Below are positions 50,178 to 60,343 of a DNA stretch of 64,000 bases, in pieces; position 1 is the stretch's first letter; the number at the start of each line of letters is the position of its first letter. The position numbers and the translations under genes are program-made. The DNA lies in contig JAADIJ010000042.1 in assembly GCA_013151335.1 (NCBI GenBank), positions 6,480-70,479 on the forward strand, written 5' to 3'. The DNA is from Alphaproteobacteria bacterium (GTDB lineage Bacteria; Pseudomonadota; Alphaproteobacteria; Rhodobacterales; Rhodobacteraceae). The notes beneath the pieces were generated by a model. It was not told where the DNA came from. It saw only the letters and a program-made list of their open reading frames with translations, and ran no database searches.

Positions 50178-52454
50178 TTATCGCGCCTCGATTATTGCCA
50201 CAACTTCGGCGGCGATCTTCTCTTGTCGCGGCAGAATTTCTGTGGCGTCAAGTCGGGCCTGAGCGTCGTCTGCGCGACCAAGCTCGGCTAGCATACGCGC
50301 CTCAAACAGGCAGAAATCCACGTTCTTTGGTGTGAATTCAACCGCTTGCTGGGCATAGGTAAGCGCCTCTTCCAGATGGCCTTGGCGATATTTCAGGCGC
50401 GCGATCAAATTGTGAACCCGGCGCAGTGAGCCACCTTCGCGCGCCAGTTTCTCCAATCGCGGCAGATATTCGACCGGCGCGCGATAGGTCAGGATCGAGC
50501 GCACGTGTTCGACCGTGTATGGGTCAAGCCAGCCGGTCTCGTTCAGGCAGTCAAGCGACAGGGCCTCGGCCTCGTCAAACCGCTTTTCGCGCCGCAAAAG
50601 ATTGGCGTGGCGCATGGCAAAAACCGGATAATCGGCGCGACCGGGATTGGCGCGGGCGTAGTGGTCAAGCGAGGCGTCAAAATTGCGCAGCTCGTAATAA
50701 ATATCCGCCAGCAGGCCGTGATAACAGGCAATTTCAGGGGCCATCTCGACCAACCGCTCGGCGGCTTTGGCGCTGGTTTTTAGGTCGCCAGATTTGCGCA
50801 GATTCAGAACATAGCGTTGCAAAGCCATCCGGTTATCGGGGTTTTGGGTGGCCAGCGCGCGCGAAGTTTTCAGCGCCAGATCCTGATCGCCGACCTCCAT
50901 TTCGATCAGCGTGCGAAAGCTTTCAAGCGACAAAACCAGCGCATCATCGCGGCCAGTATAGCGCAAGATCGTCCGGCTGATCGCATCCTGCATGAGCCGC
51001 GCAAGACCTCCGGTTGTCAGGGTTCGAAGCATGGTGCCGAGCAGAAAATACCGCACTTCCCAGCAAAACATCCGCATATCAAACACCAGATGACCGGAAG
51101 GAGTTATGCCTTTTGTCAGACCTTTGGCTTGAAATATATTTACATCAATCGGATAAAATCGCTTTAGATCAACATCTTGAGAGGCGAAAAGCTGGCTGAT
51201 GCCATCACGGGTTTTCTTGCCAAATGGCGCAAGACAAGCGGCGCGGCGCAGCAACTCGGTTGCGGCTTTTGTGTTATCGCTGTTGATCTCCAACAGGGCA
51301 TTCATCGCGTCGGTTTCAGCAAAAACGCTGCGCTCAAACAGCATCGCATCGCGGCTTTTGGTGGAGAGCGCGCCGAGTTGTGCGCGGTCTCCGGCCTCAA
51401 AGGCAAGGTTGGCCCAGAGCAGATATAAAAACGGAACGGTGTTGCCACGCTCAATCTCGCCTGACAAAAGTTGTTGGGCTTTTTTGCCGTGGCCCGATTT
51501 GCTCAGATGTGGGACCAGATGGCCAAGGCACTGGGCGGCATCGCCGTCATTTGAGAAACTCGCGCGGTTATTTTCCAGTCGCTCGGTCAGGTTGGCAAAT
51601 GCGGCGTTCAATCGCGCGGGCGACAGATCTTCCATGATATCCAGCACCTCGATCTCGCCAATCGCGCCGGCCATCTGGGAAAAGCCGCTCATCTTTGGCG
51701 CAACGATTTTGGCGGCGCGAGACATGGCATAAAGTTCGAGAAAATCGCGCTGCAACGAATTCACCTGATCAAGCGCGATCAGATCGCCAATCAGCTTGGC
51801 TGCCGGATGGTGGTTTTTCAGCCAATCCAGCGCCTCCGGGCAGTCGCCAAAAATCAAGGCACTTGCGCCGGTGTCGTTCTGACTTTGCCGCATATGCTCC
51901 AGATAAATCTCGTTGGGAATGTATTTGGAGGCCCAGATTTTGCCGCGGGTGCGATAGTGCCGGGTCAGGTCGCCGTGGCGAACATGATAGGCAACGGGCG
52001 GGGCGGCGGCGAACACGCGGTCGATCTCTGTCATATAGGTGTGCACGGTTTCGCTGAATGAAATCAACGAGATAGCTTGGCCGTATTGCTCGGATACATC
52101 TTCTTCACTCTCGGAAATCAGCTGGGTTTTATTCATGGGGATCGAAAAAGCAAAGTTCTTGCCGCGCGCGATTTCGGCTTGCAAAGCCTCAGGTGCGAGT
52201 TTCAAAACCGTCTCGATCGGTGCGGCGCGCGCGTTCAGAGCCTTGTGCTCGGCGTCCGACAAGAAATGATCGCGGATGAATTCCTCGCTGAACAGGCTGG
52301 CGTATTCGCCGGTATTATGCGTGCCTTCAAACAACACTGGCCAGTGGATTTTGGTGTCGATGCCCAGTTCCCGGCCCAATCGAAGCGCCGAGATTATCGG
52401 CAATAGTCGCGCGCCGAGGCCGTCATTTCTAGAGACCAAAAAGCAGCCGCTCAT
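50178..52454 (-). CDS. Fucosyltransferase-superfamily-like glycosyltransferase domain (N, ~290 aa) fused to a long TPR-repeat region (C, ~470 aa)
   Basis: 758 aa. N-domain motifs SRNDGLGARLLPIISAL, AYHVRHGDL, ALIFGDCPEAL and DFLELYAMSRAAKIVAPKMSGFSQMAG resemble the three conserved motifs of the GT11/GT23 (NodZ)/O-FucT superfamily. The C-half has repeated A/Y/L-rich TPR-like helices (e.g. GLLADIYYELRNFDASLDHYARA, ARLKYRQGHLEEALTYAQQAVEF). The fold assignment is from motif memory only. Confidence 0.55.
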   Translation of the reverse strand: MSGCFLVSRNDGLGARLLPIISALRLGRELGIDTKIHWPVLFEGTHNTGEYASLFSEEFIRDHFLSDAEHKALNARAAPIETVLKLAPEALQAEIARGKNFAFSIPMNKTQLISESEEDVSEQYGQAISLISFSETVHTYMTEIDRVFAAAPPVAYHVRHGDLTRHYRTRGKIWASKYIPNEIYLEHMRQSQNDTGASALIFGDCPEALDWLKNHHPAAKLIGDLIALDQVNSLQRDFLELYAMSRAAKIVAPKMSGFSQMAGAIGEIEVLDIMEDLSPARLNAAFANLTERLENNRASFSNDGDAAQCLGHLVPHLSKSGHGKKAQQLLSGEIERGNTVPFLYLLWANLAFEAGDRAQLGALSTKSRDAMLFERSVFAETDAMNALLEINSDNTKAATELLRRAACLAPFGKKTRDGISQLFASQDVDLKRFYPIDVNIFQAKGLTKGITPSGHLVFDMRMFCWEVRYFLLGTMLRTLTTGGLARLMQDAISRTILRYTGRDDALVLSLESFRTLIEMEVGDQDLALKTSRALATQNPDNRMALQRYVLNLRKSGDLKTSAKAAERLVEMAPEIACYHGLLADIYYELRNFDASLDHYARANPGRADYPVFAMRHANLLRREKRFDEAEALSLDCLNETGWLDPYTVEHVRSILTYRAPVEYLPRLEKLAREGGSLRRVHNLIARLKYRQGHLEEALTYAQQAVEFTPKNVDFCLFEARMLAELGRADDAQARLDATEILPRQEKIAAEVVAIIEAR

Positions 52455-52457
52455 GGG

Positions 52458-53435
52458 TTACTTCTCCCGACCTGTGGGCATATCTTTTTGCGCTTCCCAG
52501 AATTTTTTACGCCGGTTTCGCAAGATTTTTTCAAGGTTAACGTTGCCAGAGGCCGCCTCTGCCGCGCGAATAATCCGGTCTGATAGTTGCCGATGGCCGC
52601 GTTCCAGCGCCAAATCCATCAGGCCGAAATAGTACCACGGCAGCAATCGTCGTTTGCGATAAAGCGCTGCAAACCGCGCGGGCGTCATGCGGTTTTCCAT
52701 GCACAGAGCGGTTACTTGTTTCAAAACCTCAGCGCGGCGTAGGAACACCACGGTTTTGTGGCCGACATAATTTGAAGGGAGATGCACGATATTTTGGCCC
52801 GAAAACCGGTCCGCGTGGCGTTTGTCGCCCTCCATATAGGGGTCATAGCAAAGGTAGACCTTGCTCGCGTCGCCGGTGTGAAGCGCGGCATCCTGATAGC
52901 GGCCCGACCAGTCTTGCCGACGGCCGCGATTGAAGCGTTTTTCCCACGGCACCAGATCCTTTTTCAGGGTCGATTGCGGCGAATAGGCGATCACGGTTGA
53001 GCCCGGTGCGAGGCCGGAAAATGCGCAGGCGGCGTACCCGCCCATCGAGGTGCCGGTGAATACTACGTGTTTGAATTGTTTGAAGAAACCTTGCGCGCAC
53101 AGCCCTTCGAGATAGTCAAACAGCACTTCGTCGCGATACCAGTTGGCGTCAAATGACAGGATGCCGAGGCTTGAATAATTGTTGTCGCTGTAGAATTTGT
53201 CGCCCCAGGTTTCGCGCGCGAGGCTGTCGTCATTGACCGACGAGAGGTTATCAAACGCTACTACCAGCCGTTTTTTGCCGCGCGCCGAATAGATCGCGGC
53301 GAATTTGTCGTAATTGACGTAAAAGCCGCGGGGTCTTTTGACGTGATCGCCGTCAACTTCACTTTTGCGCATTCCCGCCAGCCAACGCGGAGCTGAATTT
53401 GCATCGGCTGGCTTTGGAGGAGGAGATTTGGGCAT
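52458..53435 (-). CDS. Alpha/beta-hydrolase-like protein of unknown function
   Basis: 325 aa. Nucleophile-elbow-like HVVFTGTSMGGYAACAF (GxSxG), with candidate acid and His residues downstream (YDPYMEGD, YVGHKTV). Basic helical C-terminus. Ends 3 nt before the GT-TPR gene start. Confidence 0.45.
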   Translation of the reverse strand: MPKSPPPKPADANSAPRWLAGMRKSEVDGDHVKRPRGFYVNYDKFAAIYSARGKKRLVVAFDNLSSVNDDSLARETWGDKFYSDNNYSSLGILSFDANWYRDEVLFDYLEGLCAQGFFKQFKHVVFTGTSMGGYAACAFSGLAPGSTVIAYSPQSTLKKDLVPWEKRFNRGRRQDWSGRYQDAALHTGDASKVYLCYDPYMEGDKRHADRFSGQNIVHLPSNYVGHKTVVFLRRAEVLKQVTALCMENRMTPARFAALYRKRRLLPWYYFGLMDLALERGHRQLSDRIIRAAEAASGNVNLEKILRNRRKKFWEAQKDMPTGREK

Positions 53436-53500
53436 GAAGTCCTTCGTAAACTAGGGCGAGGTATACACCACGGATGGATATGCCCACCACCCTAGCTACA

Positions 53501-56014
53501 TCATAGGCTACGTTCAATCTCTTCAGTTTCGAAAATTTCGATCACGTCACCCTCGCGGATATCCTCGTAATTCTCAAACGCCATGCCACATTCTTGCCCG
53601 CCCTTAACCTCTTTGACTTCGTCTTTGAAGCGTTTGAGGGTTTTGAGCTTGCCGGTGTGGATCACGATATTGTCGCGCAGCAAGCGCACGCCAGCCTCGC
53701 GACGGGCGACGCCTTCGGTGACGGTACAGCCAGCGATTTTGCCGGTGCCGGTGATTTTGAACACCTCTTTGATCGAGGCGTACCCGATAAAGGTTTCCTT
53801 GATTTCCGCCGAGAGCAAACCACTTGCCGCCTGTTTCACGTCGTCAACCAGATCATAGATGATTGAATAATAACGGATTTCTACGCCTTTTTGACGCGCT
53901 GAGTCGCGTGCCGGAGCGTTTGCGCGCACGTTAAAGCCGATGATTGGCGCACCCGAGGCTTCGGCCAAGGTCACGTCACTTTCGGTGATCGCGCCAACGC
54001 CGGAATGCAGAACCCGCACCCGAACCTCGTCATTGCCGACCTTTTCCATCGCCTGAACGATGGCTTCGGCAGAACCCTGAACGTCTGATTTCACCAAAAT
54101 CGGCAACTCCGAGACGTCTTGGTCGGCCTTGGCCTTAGCCAGCAATTGGTCGAGCGTGGTGGCAGAACCTGCCGCCGCTTTTTTGTCTTTGGCGAGCTGA
54201 TGGCGATAATCGGCGATCTCGCGCGCGGCAGCCTCGTCGGCAACCACATTGAGAACATCGCCTGCTTCTGGTGTGCCATTGAGGCCCAGAACTTCGACCG
54301 GCGAGGATGGTCCGGCCTCGTTCACCCGATCTCCATTGTCGTCGATCAGGGCACGAACCCGGCCCCATTGTTCGCCAACAACAAAGATGTCGCCTTTTTT
54401 CAGTGTGCCTTTTTGCACCAGAACTGTGGCAACCGGGCCACGGCCTGTGTCAAGCTTGGCCTCGATCACGGCCCCTTCGGCGTCGCGATCAGGGTTGGCT
54501 TTCAATTCCAGCAACTCCGATTGCAGCACGATGTTTTCCAGCAGCTTATCAAGCCCCTGACCTGTGATCGCAGAGACCTCCACATCCAGAACATCGCCGG
54601 ACATTTGCTCGACGATAACCTCGTGTTGCAGCAACTCGGTGCGCACCTTATTGGCGTCGGCACCGGGACGGTCGATCTTGTTGATGGCAACAATCATCGG
54701 CACGCCTGCGGCCTTGGCATGGGCAATGGCCTCGATGGTTTGCGGCATCACACTGTCGTCGGCGGCGACAACAAGGACAACGATATCAGTCACTTGCGCT
54801 CCACGCGCACGCATCGACGTAAACGCCGCGTGGCCCGGAGTATCAAGGAATGTCAGCAATGTGCCATCATCGGTGGTGATCTGGTAGGCACCGATATGCT
54901 GGGTGATACCGCCAGCCTCGCCAGAGACCACGTTGGTTTTACGCAAGGCGTCGAGCAGCGAGGTTTTGCCGTGGTCAACATGGCCCATGATGGTGATGAC
55001 CGGCGCGCGGGGCAGCAGATCTTCGGTCGCATCATCGACAGAATCAATCGCATCCTCGACATCGGCGTCGGAGACACGCACCACTTTGTGGCCGAATTCC
55101 TCGACAATAAGTTGCGCTGTATCGGCGTCGATGGTCTGGTTCTGGGTCGCCATGATGCCGTTTTGCATCAGGGTTTTCACCACGGCGGCGACACGTTCGG
55201 CCATGCGGTTGGCCAGTTCCTGAACGGTGATTGCCTCGGGAACCTGAACGTCGCGCACGACTTTTTCATGCTCTTGGGTTTGGCCCATGGCTTGGCGTTT
55301 TTCGCGTTCTTGCGCGCGCCTCATCGCCGCCATTGAGCGTTGGCGTCCACCATCACGGCCCGAAAGCGCCTGATTGATGGTCAGCTTGCCAGAGCGGCGG
55401 CGATCGTCACCCCCCTTATTGCGTTGCTTTTTCGGCTCTTCCTTGGCGCGATCCGGTCGTTTGCTGGCCAAAGGCGAGCGCATGGGCGCGGCGGCGCGTG
55501 GCTCGCTTGCCTTGACGGGTTCGACAGGAGCAGCAGGGGCCTCGGCCTGTTCTTTGGCGGCTTTGGCGGCGGCAACTGCGCGCTTTTCCTCTTGTTCTTT
55601 TTCGCGAATGCGGTCTTCGCGTTCTTGAATCTCGCGCTCTTTTTCCTCTTTTTCTGCCCGACGCGCGTTGCGCTCAGCTTCGCGTTTGGCGGATTCAGCT
55701 TCGCGTTTGGCCGTTTCTTCGGCTTCGCGTGCTTTGGCCGCTTTCAACGCTGCCATGCGGCGATCCATTTCAGCATCGGTAATGCCGGCAGGGCGTCGCG
55801 AGGGTGCGGCTGCCGAGGGCTTGTTGCCAACCAGATTAGAGGCCGATGCCGAAGGTGGGATCGCGCCCGCCTTGGGGATGATCACCCGTTTGCGTTTTTT
55901 CTCGACCACAACGGATTTTGACCGCCCGTGGGAAAAGCTCTGACGGACATGACTCCGGTCGCCGCCACTGCGCAGGCCAAGGGGTTTGCCGGATTTGTTG
56001 TCGGAATCGCTCAT
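53501..56014 (-). CDS. infB: Translation initiation factor IF-2
   Basis: [26 protein letters not shown]. Lys/Glu/Ala-rich N-terminal region. 837 aa. Confidence 0.97.
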   Translation of the reverse strand: MSDSDNKSGKPLGLRSGGDRSHVRQSFSHGRSKSVVVEKKRKRVIIPKAGAIPPSASASNLVGNKPSAAAPSRRPAGITDAEMDRRMAALKAAKAREAEETAKREAESAKREAERNARRAEKEEKEREIQEREDRIREKEQEEKRAVAAAKAAKEQAEAPAAPVEPVKASEPRAAAPMRSPLASKRPDRAKEEPKKQRNKGGDDRRRSGKLTINQALSGRDGGRQRSMAAMRRAQEREKRQAMGQTQEHEKVVRDVQVPEAITVQELANRMAERVAAVVKTLMQNGIMATQNQTIDADTAQLIVEEFGHKVVRVSDADVEDAIDSVDDATEDLLPRAPVITIMGHVDHGKTSLLDALRKTNVVSGEAGGITQHIGAYQITTDDGTLLTFLDTPGHAAFTSMRARGAQVTDIVVLVVAADDSVMPQTIEAIAHAKAAGVPMIVAINKIDRPGADANKVRTELLQHEVIVEQMSGDVLDVEVSAITGQGLDKLLENIVLQSELLELKANPDRDAEGAVIEAKLDTGRGPVATVLVQKGTLKKGDIFVVGEQWGRVRALIDDNGDRVNEAGPSSPVEVLGLNGTPEAGDVLNVVADEAAAREIADYRHQLAKDKKAAAGSATTLDQLLAKAKADQDVSELPILVKSDVQGSAEAIVQAMEKVGNDEVRVRVLHSGVGAITESDVTLAEASGAPIIGFNVRANAPARDSARQKGVEIRYYSIIYDLVDDVKQAASGLLSAEIKETFIGYASIKEVFKITGTGKIAGCTVTEGVARREAGVRLLRDNIVIHTGKLKTLKRFKDEVKEVKGGQECGMAFENYEDIREGDVIEIFETEEIERSL

Positions 56015-56673
56015 TCGTCTTTTTCACCTTCTTGTTCCGGGGAGTTCCCGGATGCGTCGGCCCGCTTTGAGGGCCCCATCATGCGGAGGCCTGCCAGCTT
56101 TGAGGCTTCCTCTACAATACGTTGCGTGAGTCCACCAGCGCCAAGCGCGGCATGTATCACATTTTCCCGACCAAATGCCAAACCCAATTCGCGGCCATAA
56201 AGGCAGGAAATCAGGGCATTTGTGCCGTTTGGTGGGCGAATTTTGCCCTTTTGCGCCGTTGATCCGTCAACAGCCTGTAGCAGAACGGCAACGGAGCCTT
56301 CCGTGACCGCCTCTTTAACCTTTTCAAACCCGGTGATTGCCAGACCGCCTTTTCGGGCCAGCGAGATCAGGTTGACCACATATTGGGTCAGCAAACTCTC
56401 GGTCAGGGTCACCAGATCGGGCGGCAGTTCGACCGATTGTTTAGCGGCGCGGGCAAACAATCTCTTGCCCACGGCCTTTTCAAGCGCGGCGTGATCAGCA
56501 GAGATCCAGATGCCACGACCGGGTAGCTTGGCCGCAATATCGGGCACGATCATGCGATCCGGTCCAACCACAAACCGGAGCAGCTCTGATTTGGGCTTGC
56601 TGTCGCCGGTGGCAATGCACCGACGTTCAGCTTGTTGTTTGGTTTTGATGCGGCCGCCGCGAGTCACGAGCAA
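56011..56673 (-). CDS. YlxR (DUF448)-like RNA-binding protein fused to L7Ae-like domain
   Basis: [23 protein letters not shown] YlxR motif. Located between nusA and infB. Start is TTG 56673 or GTG 56667. Confidence 0.75.
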   Translation of the reverse strand: MLVTRGGRIKTKQQAERRCIATGDSKPKSELLRFVVGPDRMIVPDIAAKLPGRGIWISADHAALEKAVGKRLFARAAKQSVELPPDLVTLTESLLTQYVVNLISLARKGGLAITGFEKVKEAVTEGSVAVLLQAVDGSTAQKGKIRPPNGTNALISCLYGRELGLAFGRENVIHAALGAGGLTQRIVEEASKLAGLRMMGPSKRADASGNSPEQEGEKDE

Positions 56674-56691
56674 ATTCCGAAGTCTGAAAAA

Positions 56692-58320
56692 TCAGACCTC
56701 GGCCTCCGCTGTTGTGGCTTCTTCGCCTTCTTTGTCGCCGTCTTCTTCATCTTCCTCTGTCACAAGATCCGCCGGATCGACCCAGCCAAGCTGAATTCGA
56801 GCGGTCATAATCAGGTTTTGCGCCTCTTCAAGCGACATGTCGAATTTCTCGAGCGAGCCGTTATCCTTGACGCGTTCGCCGTCAACGGTGGTATAGCCGC
56901 CCGCAAGTTCCCAATCGGCGCAAGTGGCGAAATCGTCCAGCGTTTTCACGCCATCCTCGGCCAACGCTACGAACATTTCGGGCGCGAGGCCTTCGAAATT
57001 GAACAAGCTGTCCTCGACGCCCATTTCGCGGGCTTTGGCAATCGCCTTGGCGTGGATTTCTTCCAGACATTCGCGTGCGCGGGCCTGAAGCTCCTCGGCG
57101 GTGGTCTCGTCAAAACCGTCGATAAGCAACAGCTCGTCGGTGTCCACATAGGCGACCTCTTCCAAGGTGGCAAAGCCCTCAGAGACCAGCAATTGGGCGA
57201 CAACCTCGTCCACATTCATGGTTTCCATGAACAATTGCGAGCGTTCGGCGAATTCTGCCTGACGGCGTGCGGATTCCTCGGCTTCGGTCATGATATCAAT
57301 GTCAAAGCCGGTGAGCTGGCTGGCCAGACGCACGTTTTGACCGCGACGGCCAATGGCGAGGCTGAGTTGCTCGTCGGGCACCACGACCTCGATGCGCTCG
57401 GCGTCCTCATCGAGCACAACCTTGGTCACTTCGGCCGGTTGCAGCGCGTTGACAAGGAAGGTCGGTGCGTCGTCATTCCATGGAATGATGTCGATCTTCT
57501 CGCCTTGCAGTTCGTTGACCACGGCCTGAACCCGGCTGCCGCGCATACCGACGCAGGCCCCGACAGGATCGATCGAGTTGTCGTAAGAAATCACGCCGAT
57601 CTTGGCACGAGAGCCGGGATCACGAGCGACCGCCTTGATCTCGATAATACCGTCGTAAATTTCCGGCACTTCCATTTTAAACAGCTCGGCCATGAATTCA
57701 GGCGCTGTACGGCTGAGGAAAATCTGTGGACCACGGACCTCTTCACGCACTTCGCGAATATAGGCACGCACCCGCTCGCCCGTGCGAAAGCCTTCGCGGT
57801 TGACCAACTGATCGCGGCGCAAAACTGCCTCGCCCCGGCCCACATCGACGATGACATTGCCATATTCGACGCGCTTGACCACCCCGTTGATGATCTCGCC
57901 CACGCGATCCTTGAACTCGGCGAATTGACGCGCGCGCTCGGCCTCGCGGACCTTTTGCAAGATCACCTGTTTGGCGGATTGAGCGGCGATACGGCCAAAA
58001 TCCATCGGCGGCAGAATATCCTCGATCAGATCGCCGACTTCGGGATTGTCCAGATGCGCGCGCGCATCGGCAACGGTCATCTCGATAGAGTGGTTTTCAA
58101 CCTCGTCCACCACGAAACGCACACGGGTCATGGTCAGCTCGCCGGATTTGCGGTCGATATGGGCACGAATGTCCAGCTCGGCCCCGTAGCGGGATTTCGC
58201 CGCCTTGGCCATGCTTTCTTCCATCGCCTCGATCACAAGACCGGTCTCGATCATTTTTTCCCGCGCGACCGCATCGGCGATCTGCAAAAGCTCCAGCCTG
58301 TTGGCACTGGTGATGCTCAT
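56692..58320 (-). CDS. nusA: Transcription termination/antitermination factor NusA
   Basis: [13 protein letters not shown]-terminus, an S1 domain, two KH domains ([35 protein letters not shown]), and a C-terminal HhH repeats/acidic tail. Confidence 0.96.
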   Translation of the reverse strand: MSITSANRLELLQIADAVAREKMIETGLVIEAMEESMAKAAKSRYGAELDIRAHIDRKSGELTMTRVRFVVDEVENHSIEMTVADARAHLDNPEVGDLIEDILPPMDFGRIAAQSAKQVILQKVREAERARQFAEFKDRVGEIINGVVKRVEYGNVIVDVGRGEAVLRRDQLVNREGFRTGERVRAYIREVREEVRGPQIFLSRTAPEFMAELFKMEVPEIYDGIIEIKAVARDPGSRAKIGVISYDNSIDPVGACVGMRGSRVQAVVNELQGEKIDIIPWNDDAPTFLVNALQPAEVTKVVLDEDAERIEVVVPDEQLSLAIGRRGQNVRLASQLTGFDIDIMTEAEESARRQAEFAERSQLFMETMNVDEVVAQLLVSEGFATLEEVAYVDTDELLLIDGFDETTAEELQARARECLEEIHAKAIAKAREMGVEDSLFNFEGLAPEMFVALAEDGVKTLDDFATCADWELAGGYTTVDGERVKDNGSLEKFDMSLEEAQNLIMTARIQLGWVDPADLVTEEDEEDGDKEGEEATTAEAEV

Positions 58321-58892
58321 GGTGTTTCCTTTTCAGGGGTTTGTTCGGTTTCAATTTCGTCAAAGTCGGCCTCGTTAAAACCGGCCACTTTGCGCGCTTT
58401 CAGCATTTCAGAGATCAGCTCGTCGGTTAGCACCAGCTTGGCCTCGACCAGCCAGTCAAACTTCAGACCAATCGTGCCCTCGGGGATTTCGATCAGTATT
58501 TCGTCGCCCTCAATGCCTTTGAGCGCGCCCTTAAAGCGTTTGCGCCCGTCGATCAGTTGATCGGTCTCGATCTTGGCCTCGTAATCGGCCCACGCCGCGA
58601 AATCCTTGAGACGGGTCAAGGGCCGGTCGATGCCGGGCGACGAGACCTCGAGCGCGTATTCTTCCTCGATCGGGTCCTCGACATCCAAAACTGCCGATAA
58701 AGCGCTGGAGATTTTGGCGCAATCATCAACCTCGATCCCGCCCTCGGGCTTGTCGGCCATGATTTGCAAGGTCGGGTGCTTGCCGCCCATAAGACGCAGG
58801 CGCACCAGCTCAAACCCAAGCCCCTCGATCAGGGGTTGGACGATCTCGGCCAGACGCTTGTCTATCGCGGTTTTGGCAATAAGGTTGGTCAT
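58317..58892 (-). CDS. rimP: Ribosome maturation factor RimP
   Basis: From ATG 58892: [34 protein letters not shown]. The ORF-track start 59018 would read through the leader terminator. Confidence 0.88.
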   Translation of the reverse strand: MTNLIAKTAIDKRLAEIVQPLIEGLGFELVRLRLMGGKHPTLQIMADKPEGGIEVDDCAKISSALSAVLDVEDPIEEEYALEVSSPGIDRPLTRLKDFAAWADYEAKIETDQLIDGRKRFKGALKGIEGDEILIEIPEGTIGLKFDWLVEAKLVLTDELISEMLKARKVAGFNEADFDEIETEQTPEKETP

Positions 58893-58910
58893 CAGCTCTC
58901 TTTTAAGCAC

Positions 58911-58933
58911 AAAAAAACGGGCGCGCGGCCCGT
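58911..58933 (-). terminator. Intrinsic-terminator-like hairpin + U7 in the rimP-nusA-infB leader (candidate attenuator)
   Basis: Minus strand reads ACGGGC-CGCGC-GCCCGT followed by TTTTTTT (plus-strand A7 at 58911-58917, hairpin at 58917-58933). The U-tract ends 18 nt before the rimP ATG. No upstream minus-strand gene exists for it to terminate. Confidence 0.55.
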
Positions 58934-58990
58934 TAGAATTTTCGGTGGAAGTCTGGGGGTGGAAGCCAGTCTTGCCGCTGTTGAGAGGGG

Positions 58991-59019
58991 ATATAGGCGG
59001 GTTGGCGGTAAATGGCAAG
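58991..59019 (-). promoter_or_regulatory. Candidate rimP operon promoter CTTGCC-N17-CTATAT
   Basis: Minus strand: CTTGCC (59019-59014), a 17-nt spacer, CTATAT (58996-58991). This would give a ~90-nt leader containing the terminator hairpin. Confidence 0.4.
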
Positions 59020-59343
59020 GGCCTTGGTTTTGTCGTGTACTATCATCTCGACAATAAGGCGCATATACCGCCGTCAAAGCGGGTTTTTGACACAATTGAG
59101 AACCGCACCAACGCCGTTTTCTGCCTAGATTGTTCTCACTTCGGGCAGGTTAACCCCCTGTTTCATTGCTATTGTCGCTCAATTGGGCTGATCGTCGCTG
59201 ATCTGGCAACAAACCATCGGCGACGGTTTCCAATTAACTAACAGTTCCTGCAAATGACCTGCAATTGTCCGGTTGTTTCCAAAGTCCTGACAAATTCAGA
59301 GTGCCTAATCCTAGTCAGTTCCGAGGCATGAAGGATTTGAAAT

Positions 59344-60249
59344 ATGGACAGGTTAACTGAAATGGAGGCGTTCGCCAGCGTGGTCGATCAGGGGGGATTT
59401 ACCGACGCGGCGCGCAAGATGGGAATTTCGAAATCGGCGGTGTCAAAGCATGTGTCGTCGCTGGAGGCTCGCTTAGGCGCACGGCTCCTGAACCGGACAA
59501 CACGCCGGGTCAGCCCGACCGAAATCGGCCTTGCCTATTACGACAAGGCGCGGCGAGTTTTGAACGATGCGGGCGAAGCGGACGCGATGGTGACCTCGAT
59601 GCAATCGGCGCCGAGTGGGTCGTTGCGACTGTCGGCGGCCAATGATTTTGGCGTTAACCATATCTCCAACGCGCTCGGAGCGTTCCTGCACCAATACCCG
59701 GAAATCAACGTTAACCTCGTGCTGAACAACCGCTATGTGGAGCTGATCTCGGAGGGGTTTGACCTCGCCATTCGCATCGGCGAGATGGAGGACAGCACCC
59801 TTCGCGCGCGCAAACTGACCGAGGCCAATATGAAGATGGTCGGCGCGCCGGAATATTTCAAACTGCACGGCAAACCGGCCCGCATCGACGATCTGAACGA
59901 GCATATGCTGCTGCATTATTCCAACCAGTCCAACGGCAATGTCTGGAAACTGACCTCTCCCACCGGCGAAAAGCGCCAAATTCGCACCACCGGTTGTTTG
60001 ACGGTCAATGACGGTCAATCCTTGCTGACAGCGGCCTCAGCCGGGCTTGGCATCGCCTATCTGCCGAGTTTTCTCTACTATGAAAAGCTGGAGCTGGGCT
60101 TGCTGGAAGAGGCCATGCCCGACCTGCCGATCGAGACCCGTGGCATCTATGCCGTCTATCCGCCGGGTCGTTACACCCAGCCCAAATTGCGCGCATTCAT
60201 TGATTTTCTGGTGGATCACTTCAAGCATAAGGGACCAGAGGAATGGTAA
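59344..60249 (+). CDS. LysR family transcriptional regulator
   Basis: N-terminal HTH FASVVDQGGFTDAARKMGISKSAVSKHVSSLEARLGARLLNRTTR. 301 aa. Confidence 0.88.
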   Translation: MDRLTEMEAFASVVDQGGFTDAARKMGISKSAVSKHVSSLEARLGARLLNRTTRRVSPTEIGLAYYDKARRVLNDAGEADAMVTSMQSAPSGSLRLSAANDFGVNHISNALGAFLHQYPEINVNLVLNNRYVELISEGFDLAIRIGEMEDSTLRARKLTEANMKMVGAPEYFKLHGKPARIDDLNEHMLLHYSNQSNGNVWKLTSPTGEKRQIRTTGCLTVNDGQSLLTAASAGLGIAYLPSFLYYEKLELGLLEEAMPDLPIETRGIYAVYPPGRYTQPKLRAFIDFLVDHFKHKGPEEW

Positions 60250-60287
60250 CATTCCGCCTTCCTTAAATGTGGAATGGTAACATTCCG
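60240..60287. repeat. Two copies of a 17-nt self-complementary motif GGAATGGTAACATTCCG (31-nt period)
   Basis: Copies at 60240-60256 and 60271-60287. Each is GGAATG-GTAA-CATTCC (6-bp stem, 4-nt loop). The first contains the lysR stop codon (TAA 60247-60249). Confidence 0.8.
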
Positions 60288-60343
60288 ACAGCGCGCAAAC
60301 GCCCCTGTCGAACGTCGCCTACGAGGAACAGGCTAGCCTGACT

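Noticed and set aside
50148-50179. Hairpin CGCCGC-15 nt loop-GCGGCG followed by TTTTT on the plus strand, between the GT-TPR gene stop and the hslV start; also a GTTG-N19-CCATATA sigma-32-like match on the minus strand (50134-50163)
   Set aside because: The T-run is on the wrong strand for the flanking minus-strand genes, since on the minus strand the hairpin is followed by AGAAC. The loop is long and the stem is only 6 bp. The promoter-like match has off-consensus spacing and -35 element. Too weak to call.
56632-58560. 642-aa ORF antisense to nusA/rimP, plus similar long antisense ORFs at 54119..55336 (infB), 4211..5182 (lptB), 44804..45961 (mltA/smr), 14852..16060 (galU/kdsB/cysQ), 7992..9014 and 10115..10867 (glycan locus)
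   Set aside because: All are mirror frames of confidently identified genes. Their translations are Arg/His/Gly/Leu-rich with no recognisable domains, and they span gene boundaries of the real genes. I treat them as codon-bias shadows, though ribosome profiling would be needed to exclude expression.
58892-59095. 67-aa minus-strand ORF (and the ORF-track rimP extension to 59018) in the rimP leader
   Set aside because: It would have to be translated through the terminator hairpin and promoter elements. The translation is Pro/Arg/Thr-rich without features, and the RimP homology starts at ATG 58892.
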